Source of the DNA: Piromyces finnis finn
Lineage: Eukaryota; Fungi; Neocallimastigomycota
DNA: 64,000 bases
Assembly (NCBI GenBank): GCA_002104945.1
Contig: MCFH01000056.1
Coordinates: forward strand, 295,039 to 359,038
Direction of reading: 5' to 3'
Shown: one piece after another, positions 26,801 through 37,300 of the stretch
Numbering within the stretch: the stretch's first letter is position 1
Layout: every line of letters starts with the position of its first letter
Translations under genes and position numbers: made by a program
The notes under the pieces: generated by a model
What the model saw: the letters and a program-made list of their open reading frames with translations, nothing else
The model's database searches: none
Told to the model about the DNA's origin: nothing

Positions 26801-28513
26801 GTTGAAATTCTGTCTTCTTGTCATGACTCCCCTGCTGCCGGCCATTTTGGTATTTCAAAAACTTTATCCTTGATTTCCCGTAACTACTGGTGGCCCAAAA
26901 TGTATCAGGATGTTAAGGACTATGTCCGTTCTTGTGAGGTCTGCTGTCGTTCGAAATCCTCTAGACATAAACCTTACGGGTTATTATCCACTCTTCCTTT
27001 AGGTGAACGTCCCTGGTCTTCCATTGCTATGGATTTTATCACTGACCTCCCCTCTTCTCGTGGATTTACCTGTATCTTCGTTGTCATTGATCGATTGACA
27101 AAAATGGCTCACTTTATCCCTCTTGAAAAAGTTCCCACTGCTGAACGTGCTGCCGAAGCTTTCATTAACAACGTCTTCAAACTTCATGGATGCCCCTCCG
27201 ACATTGTTCTCGACCAAGGTTCTCAGTTCACTTCAAAGTTTTGGAAGAAATTCTTTGCTACCCTCAAGATTGATTTGAAATACTCTTCTGCTTATCACCA
27301 CCAATCCAATGGCCAGACGGAGAGAGTGAACTCCGTTGTAGAACAATATCTACGCTGCTTCTCAAATTACAAAGGCACTAACTGGATCGAATACTTAAGC
27401 CTAGCTGAATTTAGTTACAATAATTCAGTTCAAGAATCTGTAAAACAAACACCCTTCTTCTTGAACTATGGTTTCCATCCTAATTTTAATCCAACAATTC
27501 CAACAACAAGTGAAGTTCCAAGAGCTGAAGAATACACAAAAGAATTAAAAGAAATTATCAGCACCCTCAAGAAAAACCTTTCGGAAGCCCAAAAGAAACA
27601 AGAACATTTCGCCAATAGACATAGACAACCAGGCCCGTCATTCAAACCAGGAGAAAAGGTATGGTTAATCAATAATAATCTAGTTAAGGGAAATAAAAAA
27701 TTCACCCCTCGGAAACTCGGTCCCTATGAAATTGAACAACAAATATCAGAAGTCTCATTCAAATTGAAACTCCCTGGTAACATGAAGATTGATCCGGTAT
27801 TCCATAAATCATCTCTCGAGCCTTACTTCGAAGGGAAAAGTACAAACCGAAAAGTTCAACCTCCACCACCTGTCATTATAAACGAAGAGGAGGAATACGA
27901 AGTAGAAGAAATTCTGGACAAAAGAAGACGCTATAACAAAACTCAGTACTTGATCAAATGGAAAGGATATCCTATTTCAGAGTCGTTCCAGTTTTTATCC
28001 TGGTTGTTAAGGCGTTTCCTTAGCATACATAAGGCTTCTGGTTCGACCCCGCAGATGTCAGTGCCTGTGGATTTTCCCACTGGGTTTGCCATGGGTTGGG
28101 TTATGATATTCAGGTAAGTATAAATGAACTTTCTAATTTACTACTATGATAATAACACTCGTCTAGCCGGCCTGAGAGGGTCTAGTGTACATGGTACATT
28201 CCAAATTAGAACTTAATAAGTGGTGACTTAGGCTATGCCAAAAACACATAATATTCCTTAATCAATTTAAGTGTAAACATTAGGGGGCGGTTGACACGTG
28301 ATCAAATTGACTATAAGAGGCTTAGCATTGTAGTTGTGAAATATCGTACAACGACATGCATCTAATGTACATGGATTAAGTGAGCGTCGAAGCTGAAGAA
28401 ACAGTATGACAGACCAGGAGGGTCACAACCACCTAGCAATAGGAATGAGCCAACGTTTCTCTAAGAACCACCATTGGAGCTAACTCTGATCGATGGGAGA
28501 AATGCACTCGGAA

Positions 28514-28556
<43 letters not shown>

Positions 28557-28635
28557 TATTTCAGAAGCCTCATGGGAACCCGAAGAAAATCTGAACTGTC
28601 CAGCAAAGCTAAGAGAATTCAACAAGACCCATTAA
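23852..28635 (+). pseudogene. Element B gag-pol, single frame with one nonsense codon (26447-26449) and a SINE-like insertion in the chromodomain
   Basis: ORFs 23852-26449 and 26537- share a frame. MT*RLIRW aligns with MSQRLVRW of element C (probably CAG>TAG). Chromodomain EYEVEEILD..YLIKWKGYPIS|EASWEPE resumes after the insertion and stops at 28635. Confidence 0.93.
27982..28552 (+). mobile_element. SINE-like non-autonomous retroposon, copy 1 (535-bp body + A36; 13-bp TSD)
   Basis: TSD ATCCTATTTCAGA at 27969-27981 and 28553-28565. Poly(A) 28517-28552. Box-B match GGTTCGACCCC at 28040-28050. The body appears identical to the reverse complement of 44828-45362. Confidence 0.9.
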
Positions 28636-28909
28636 AAAAAAAAAAAAAAAAAAAACTAATAATAATAAAATTAACTAATTTTCATTAATTTTTAGACACA
28701 AATGAGGGAATATTAATTTTTAGAATAAACTTAACCGATACCGTTTTGGCGAAGCTCCCATAGGGATTTACTGGACTTACAAGCGTACCAAGAACAAGTA
28801 CTATCAAACGGCCATATTGGAACCTTGCCTATGAAACCTCTAGTACTTGTTGGACATACTTTAGTCTTGGCGCCAACCCGCCTTACATCAAAGTTACTCT
28901 ACCAACCCC

Positions 28910-28967
28910 GACTTCGAACCCACAACCTTCTAGTTCATTGCCAACTACTCGACCATTGTACCACACC
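28910..28967 (-). promoter_or_regulatory. tRNA-derived RNA polymerase III internal promoter (A and B boxes), antisense in the 3' UTR of element B
   Basis: The minus strand reads GGTG-TGGTACAATGG (A box, 28963-28953)-32 nt-GGTTCGAAGTC (B box, 28920-28910). GAAGGTTGTGGGTTCGAA resembles a tRNA variable-loop/T-arm segment. No complete cloverleaf. Confidence 0.6.
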
Positions 28968-28996
28968 TTTTAATTCTCATATGAAGTCAACTGCCT

Positions 28997-29027
<31 letters not shown>

Positions 29028-30233
29028 TTATTAGCTTATAAATTCGTCTGGAATCCGAATTTAGAGGAGGAGCTTGTAATGAGGTATATCTAATGATAAG
29101 GGTTAGACTAGAAAATCATTAAGGTTAGATTAATGAAAATTTCATAATTATATTTTTATAACCAATCATTAAGTAATTAATTCACTTATCAAATTGTATT
29201 AAAAAAAAAAATAATTTTCATGTATAAAAGAGAGAATAAGAAAGATAAAATAGTTCTTTAGTGTTTTTATTAATAATTAATAAAAATTAGTTTTTTTATT
29301 TCGTCTTTAGTTTGATAATACACTGACCTAGCGAGTTAGTCGTATTATAATAATAAATTTAATAAATAAACATTATTAAAAAAATACATATATTTGATAC
29401 ATTAGAGTGTGTGTGTTTATTATTATAATATTTCGTTACAATATTATATTATAACTATTTATTTCTTATATATTATTATTTAAAATCTACACTAAAATCT
29501 TAATTATTAATAAATATTTAAACTATAACTATTTTTAGTAAAATACAATTGGCAATTCAAATTAAGTACTATTTAATTTGAATATGTGCCCATGTATTAT
29601 TGATATATTAATCATTTATTATTTATCTATTTCTATAAAAAAACAATACTAAAACTAGGGATTTAAATTGAGAATATTAATTTACTTGTTAAACATTAAA
29701 AATAAATTAATAATTTATTTTGTTTTAAACTTTAATTATTAATAAATAAATTATGTCTCATTTTCTTTTTCTGAATATAATTTGTGTAACTTAAACAATA
29801 ATACTTGTGGCTTAAGTTACATTAAAGATATCAAACGCCTCTGTTTGATATCTTTACAGTTCCCCGAGTTCCCGGAAACACCCACATTCCTATCACCCAT
29901 TTCCAAATTCAAATTTTCAAATTCACTAATTAAACCCTCCAACTTACTAAAATAAATAAAATGTTTTCTTACTACTATTTCAAGTAAGTAATTTTTTTTT
30001 TTTTTTTTTTTTTTAATTATTTATAAAAGATAATTTTAGTATATCAAACAATACAAAAGTTATTCAGACGCGTTCTGCAAAAGCAGTGTCGAACAAGTTT
30101 TGTACTACTAATCAATCCTTAATGGATATTCTTGGTCCTTTCTTCCCACTCGGCGGCGGTAGATTCAATTTCAACCTAGTAGTTATTCCTTCTTTTTTCT
30201 TCTTTTACTCGGCGGTAGACTCAATTTCAACTC

Positions 30234-31267
30234 TGTAAAAGTTTTACTAAACTTATAATTTAATATTAAAATATTAAATTAAATAAAAGGTTAAAAGATA
30301 ACTAGGTTAGAAAAAAAATGTTTTATTAAAATAATCTTAATTGATTTATAAATGAATAATTATATTATGTATTATAGTTAAAATAATTCCTTTTTATTTT
30401 ATTTAAAGAATATATATAATAATAAGATTATTTAATAGTAATACTTATTAAGTATTAATAAGATAATAATCTTTACAAAGATTTTAATTTCATAAACTAT
30501 TCTAAACTATTTATACTATTTGCAATTTTACATTTAATAATAAAATAACTTTTCAATACATGATTATATTCATAATATATTTTATAATACTTAAACTAAA
30601 CTTAAGACTTATTCCTAATTATTAAAAAATAACTATTGTTTATAATATTCATAATATTAATTGTTTCTTAATTATAATATAATTCATTGAATATAATATT
30701 AATAATTATAATCCTCTAGTTCAAAGATTATAAATTATGTTATTGAAATAATTATTATAAAATAAAGTTAATTAGTTCCGGAAAATAATTTTAATTTAAT
30801 TAAACAATAATTTTTTATACTTTGAGTGAATGATTTATGTTTGATATATCAGGGGTGATCATTCTCTGAATAAACAATTAATCATTGCTAACAAAATATC
30901 TTTAAATTGGAATATCTCGTGAACCAGCAGAGATATTGACCTGATTTTAAGATATGTTGTTTGTCTCGAGCGTGGCTTTCTAACGAACGTAATTATAACC
31001 AAAATATTTTTATTCAAAAATCGTCATTCGTTGAGGAGATACGCGTGTTTTTTCTTATTCCATTTTAACGATAAGGGTTAAAGTTATTTATTATAAAAAT
31101 TATTAAGGGTTAAGGTCATATTTTAACCTTTTCTAAATTTTTAAATATTTCTTAATAAAATTTTATAATTTATTTGAAAATAAAATATTTGTTGATTTTG
31201 AATTTTCATAAGTGATTTCACAATTCCAAGTGATCTTGAAATTGTAATTTCACTAGTATTCGTGACA
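30234..31267. repeat. Solo LTR of a further family (E), 1,034 bp, TSD AACTC
   Basis: TGTAAAAG...CGTGACA termini, with AACTC at 30229-30233 and 31268-31272. Removing it restores the A1 leader repeat. Confidence 0.8.
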
Positions 31268-31314
31268 AACTCAGTAGTTATTCCTTCTTTTTCTTCTTTT
31301 ACTCGGCGGTAGAT

Positions 31315-34300
31315 TGTAACGAATCATAGAAATTAGTAACCTGTCTTAGTGGTTAGTAACTAAGACCTTGGTTTGAACTACTCGAGTTCGAAACCTCATT
31401 AATATCTTTTTTTAATTATTAAAATATTTTATAACGAAATTTTACCAAAGAAGATAATTTCTGATTGGCTTAAAAATTTAAGTTATAAAATTTTTATAAA
31501 TTTACTTTTAAAAATTTTTATATAAATACGAGTGAAATTTCTCAAAAAATTATTTTTAATTCGAGTTTTTATTAACAAAAAATTTTATAATAAAAATAAA
31601 ATTATTAAACACTAACCTGTTATAATTTTGTTAAGTGTTCAATAATAAAATTTTTATTTGCTTTTATTATTTTCCTTTTTATATATTTGTGTTTTTATTT
31701 ATTGAACATTAGTTCTTTACAATAAAAACTCCTAAAATATATAATAACACCTTAGTGTTTAAAAAAGGAAGAATTTTTAATTTATTAAAAAATTAAGTAA
31801 GTCAGTGAAGCTTATTTTAACAATAAGGGTACTGAAAACAAAAGTAAAACCCACAGTTATTATAAGGGGAGCGCCAGGACGCTTAATTTAATAATAAAGA
31901 AAAAATTCATTTTCTAATAAAACGTTTTCTACTTTTAATAAATAAAATTAAATTTTATTTATTATTTTTTGAAAAATATAATAAAATAACAAAGAAGTTA
32001 GGATTCAATAACTCCCTTAGCGTGGATAGTTGGACACCTATACGTAATACTTTGTTGTTTAGATATTATTAATAATCGGGGAATTAAACCTATTTTTTTC
32101 TTTCCGCTTAATTAAGTAAGTGACAATAAAGAAACTAATACCGTTAATTCCTTTTATTGAAAATTTTCATTTCCAATATTAACAATTGATAATATCTACG
32201 TTATCAACAAAGAGCTACAAGGGACCTAGTATTGAATACTAATAAAATTAAATATTTGATGGTCCAATACTATTTAATTTGACTCTTTGTCTATATTTAA
32301 AATATTTTAATCAATAAATAATAATAAAGATTTAATTTTTTTTTTCTTTCTTAATTTCTTCAAACATAACTTTATCTTATTTACATAATTTTTATTTTCA
32401 AACAATTATATTTTTTAATTTTAATGGAAGGACAAATATTTGATAACGCCTCACTAAAAGACGGTTTCGCAGGAGACAGAAAATATCTCAAAGGTTTCTT
32501 AGCCAAAATAGAACTTGTTTTTCTCCTTTATCCCGAAAGATATCAAGATGAAGAGAGCAAGGTTATCTACCTGATTTCTCGCCTTTATGGAAATGCATTA
32601 AATTGGGCCGCTACGCTTATTGATAACCATGATCCATGTCTGACCAACTACCAAGCATTCAAGGAAAGACTAAAGGCATTCTATGGGAACAATGATGCAG
32701 TCTACGTAGCCAATCAAATGCTACGTACTCTCAAGCAACATCGTTTGGGCGGCATCAGAGGATACATCCTTGAATTTAACAAATACTCTGATGAATCTAA
32801 CTGGAATGAAGAGGCTAAGATGGATGCTTTTATCGCTGGGCTCAACCAAGAAGTTGCAATGAAGATATTAGAGATGTTCCCAGGACCAAGAGATTTGTTT
32901 TCCCTCCAAACTATTGCAGCTAGAATAGACTCCAAACTTGCTACCAGGGGATTATTTTTTGACAAAAATTCTAAGGGACCAAGTTCTAATTCCAGCAATG
33001 GCTCCAGAAAGGCTTCCACAAATCTAAAAGAACATCCCAAGAAGAAAAGATACTTTGGTCCGTTATCCAAGGAAGAAAAAGAAAGAAGAAGTAAGGAAAA
33101 CTTATGTGTCTATTGTGGATCTCCAGGACACCAACTGAAAGATTGTCATAAGAGAAGAAATAAAAACTCAACATTCGAATCTTTAGTTTCTCTACAAAAT
33201 AATTCTACCAATTCCAAGAAAAATCAACAAGATAGGGTAACCTCAAATTTTAAACTATCGTTTGAACTAAACACAAAAATTCTTATAGACTCCGGTTCTA
33301 CACTTAATCTAATAGATGTCGACTATTGCAACGATCACAATATTCCCTACCACTATGAAGAAGATTTACCCAACGTATTCGGTATTGGTGGTAGCCAAAA
33401 ACTGTTCGGAGTTACTCCACCTCTTAATCTTCGCTACATGGATCACCTATGCCGTACTGTCTTTTACGTTACTGATCTGCCTGTATATCCTTGTATTCTA
33501 GGTCTACGTTGGCTTAAGGAACATAACCCAAGTATTGACTTTGAAAATAATAAATTATCTTTTGGTTCTTCATATTGCTTGGATCATTGTATGACTCTCC
33601 CTTCGAATGTTCCCGAATTCCATCAGGAAACTTCTGTTTTTTCTACTGATTGCAATAACTCTTCTTCCGTTTCTTTGCCTATTTTTATTGACAAACCTAA
33701 ATCTTCTTTTTCAAATTCTAAGTTATCTCATCCTCGTAATCCCAAAGAAAATCGTTCTAAATCTGTCTTAATTAACAATGAATCTGTTAACGATCCTTTA
33801 TCACAAGAGACTTGTACTGTCATGGCTTCTAATATATCTCTTTCTAAAGTTGATTCTTGTTCACCAAAAAACTCTCTTTATGAGTCAAATCCTATTACTA
33901 AACTTCCGAAGGAATTAGAATCATATATGGACGTCTTTAGCGAATCTTCTGCTGATCAATTACCACCTCATCGTCCTTATGATTGCCAAATAAACCTAAT
34001 CGAAAATGCCAAGCTATTTTATGGACCAATCTACCCACTAACAGACGAAGAAACAAGAGTTTTGAAGGATTATATCGATGAAAACCTCAAAAAGGGTTTC
34101 ATTAGGAAATCCAAATCTCCTGCTGGTGCGCCTGTACTTTTCGTTCCTAAAAAGAATGGTGAACTCCGTCTTTGTCAAGATTATAGGGAACTCAACAAAA
34201 TTACCATTAGAGATTCCTATCCTCTACCTCTGATTCAAGATATGCTAGAGCATCTTAGTAAAGCGAAAATCTTCTCAAAATTGGATTTACGATCAGCATA

Positions 34301-37300
34301 TAACTTGGTCCGAATCAAAAAGGGTGATGAATATAAAACAGCTTTCACCTGCAAATTCGGCCACTTTGAATACCTGGTAATGCCATTCGGACTGAAAAAC
34401 GCCCCGGCTGTTTTTCAGCATTTTATCAATGATGTTCTGGAAAATATTCTAGGGATTTTTGTTTATTCATATATTGACGATTTAATTATTTTTTCTGAAA
34501 ACCATAAATCCCACATTAAGCACGTTATCGAAGTCCTGGATCGCTTAAGAAATGCTGGTCTTTATGCTAAGCTTGAAAAGTGTGAATTCTTTGTTTCCTC
34601 TATTGATTTCCTTGGTCATCGTATATCCTCTGAAGGTATACATATGGACCCCAATAAAGTTTCTGCTATTATTAATTGGCCAGTTCCGTCCAGTGTCAAG
34701 GAAGTTCAATCTTTTATTGGCCTAGCCAACTACTATCGTCGGTTTATTCCTAATTTTGCCAAAGTTGCACAACCCCTTCACAGACTACTTCGTAAAAACG
34801 TTAAATTTGATTTTTCCTCTGAAGCTCTTGATGCATTTAATACCATTAAATCATTAATTTCATCTGCTCCCATCCTGTCTCATCCAAATCGTGATCTTCC
34901 CTTTATTGTTGAAACCGACTCTAGCAACTTTGCTATAGGAGCAGTTCTGTCTCAAAAATCTCCTGATGATAAAATGATCCATCCTGTCGCTTTCTATTCA
35001 AGATCTCTTACTTCCGCTGAAAGAAACTATCCTATATACGATAAAGAACTTTTAGCTATTGTTAATGCTCTTGAAACTTGGCGACATTTTCTCAAAGGTG
35101 CTTTAACCCCGTTTACTATTTATTCAGATCATCGAAACTTACTATATCAAAAGAAACCGGAAAAAATGTCACAACGTCTTGTTCGTTGGGCCCTTTTCCT
35201 TTCCGAATTTAACTTTAAAATTCTCTACTGCTCTGGTTCATCAAATGGTAAACCTGATGCGCTTTCACGAAGACCTGATTTTATGGATTCCTCTCTTCCT
35301 TCTGATGCTCCTTTTTCGGTTTTACGCCCTGAGAATTTCTGCGCTTTGATTTGTTCCATTTCTTCTCTTAATGATGAAATATTATCTGAATATGTGAACG
35401 ACTCTTTTTACATTGACATTTGCAATTTTCTTGAAAATAAGAATCTCCCAGCTCCACATCCACAAAGTAATAAATTCTCTCTTAGTAATAGTTTTCTTCT
35501 TTTTGATAATAGAATCTATGTCCCTTTAAAATGCCGTCCCTCCGTTTTGAAACTCTGTCATGATTCCCCATCTGCCGGTCATTTTGGTATCCGCAAAACT
35601 ATTTCTTTGATCTCTCGTGACTTTTGGTGGCCATCCATTTCTATTGATGTTAAGAATTATATCCGATCTTGCGAGATTTGTTGCCGCTCCAAGCCTTCTC
35701 GTCATAAACCATATGGTTTACTTCAACCCCTTGAGATTAGTGACCATCCTTGGGCTTCTATTTCTATGGATTTCATTACTGACCTCCCTCCTTCGGATGG
35801 ATTTAACACTATTCTTGTTGTAGTTGACCGCCTTACTAAAATGTGCCACCTCATTCCCTTTAAAGGTATTCCTTCTGCTTCTGATACTGCTTTTGCTTTT
35901 TTGAATTATATTTTCAAAATTCACGGTCTCCCCTCTGAAATTATTTCCGATAGAGGCGCGCAATTCACTTCGAAATTTTGGAAATCTATTTGCCAATCTT
36001 TGGACGTCAATGTTAAATATTCTTCACCATATCATCATCAATCCAATGGCCAAACGGAGAGGGTAAACTCCGTTGTTGAACAATATTTAAGATGCTTTTC
36101 TAATTATAAAGGAACAAACTGGATCAACTTTCTTCTATTGGCAGAATTCAGTTACAATAATGCTGTTCAAGACTCAACAAAATTCTCACCATTCTTCCTA
36201 AATTATGGTTATCACCCAAAATACTCTCCGGTAATTCCTGACCAAACGAATGTTCCAAGAGCTGAAGAATTTACAAGAGACTTTGAAGACCTAATGGAGA
36301 AACTAAAAGAAAACTTAAAGAAGGCCATCCAAGTTCAAAAGAAATACGCCGACAAGTATAGACAAGAACCTCCGACATTCAAGACTGGTGACAAAGTATG
36401 GTTGGATAGCTCCTTAATAATTCATAAAGGAAATAAAAAATTTAATCCTAGGAAACTTGGCCCGTTTAGGATAATTAGTAAAATCTCTAATCTCACTTAT
36501 AAATTAGAATTACCAAAATCGCTGAAGATTTACCCAATTGTTCATGTTTCAAACCTAGAACCGTATTATGAAGATAGTTTTGGAAGAATCAAAGATCCAC
36601 CTCCACCTATAATAGTAAATGAAGAAGAAGAATACGAAGTAGAAGAAATACTTGATAAAAGAAAGCATTATGGGAAGATTCAATATCTAATAAAATGGAA
36701 AGGTTATCCGCTTTCAGAAGCATCTTGGGAACCTGAAAGTAATTTAAACTGCGATGAACTAATTAAAAACTTTAATAATTCACATTAGTAATAGTTATTA
36801 AATTAAAAAAAAAATTAGTAATTGATAAGAGAAAAAGAGAATAGAAAATAGAAAATGAAAAAATATATTTATAATTTAATATTCATGTAATTTAAAAAAA
36901 AAAAAAAAAAATTTTTTTTTTCAAAATGTATTCACTCGTTTCAATTATTTCTTTTATAATAAAGTAACAAATAAATTTAGTTGATTCGTCTGGTATCCGA
37001 ATCCTGGAGGAGGACCATGTAACGAATCATAGAAATTAGTAACCTGTCTTAGTGGTTAGTAACTAAGACCTTGGTTTGAACTACTCGAGTTCGAAACCTC
37101 ATTAATATCTTTTTTTAATTATTAAAATATTTTATAACGAAATTTTACCAAAGAAGATAATTTCTGATTGGCTTAAAAATTTAAGTTGTAAAATTTTTAT
37201 AAATTTACTTTTAAAAATTTTTATATAAATACGAGTGAAATTTCTCAAAAAATTATTTTTAATTCGAGTTTTTATTAACAAAAAATTTTATAATAAAAAT

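Larger units (their letters stand above)
23418..29440 (+). mobile_element. Ty3/Gypsy chromovirus B (LTRs 23418-23782 and 29075-29440; TSD ATATT)
   Basis: ATATT at 23413-23417 and 29441-29445. The LTRs appear to differ only by one A in a homopolymer. PPT AGAGGAGGAG before 29075. PBS ATAAAAACACT (23783-23793) is complementary to LTR 23602-23612. Confidence 0.96.
11239..29858 (-). mobile_element. Ty3/Gypsy chromovirus A2 (603-bp LTRs), interrupted by elements A3 and B
   Basis: 3' LTR 11239-11841 is preceded on the minus strand by PPT AGAGAGAGAGAT. 5' LTR 23228-29858 is 603 bp after removing B and its TSD, and is followed by PBS ATAACAATTAC. Gag-pol 22817-19953 joins 13610-11878 in frame (EMLSQ|RQIRW) once A3 is removed. 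Confidence 0.9.
23228..29858 (-). repeat. 5' LTR of A2, split by element B (pieces 23228-23417 and 29441-29858)
   Basis: The two pieces rejoin to a 603-bp LTR matching 11239-11841. PBS complement GTAATTGTTAT at 23217-23227. Confidence 0.93.

Noticed and set aside
28478-28500. 5S rRNA-derived tail in the SINE (AGCTAA ... GATGGGAGA)
   Set aside because: The two motifs are only 8 nt apart, far closer than in 5S, and there is no other similarity.
28910-28970. Functional tRNA gene
   Set aside because: A and B boxes are present, but I could not pair an acceptor stem or a canonical anticodon arm.
31070-31115. Telomeric repeats (TAAGGGTTA)
   Set aside because: These are isolated motifs inside an LTR, not a tandem TTAGGG array.
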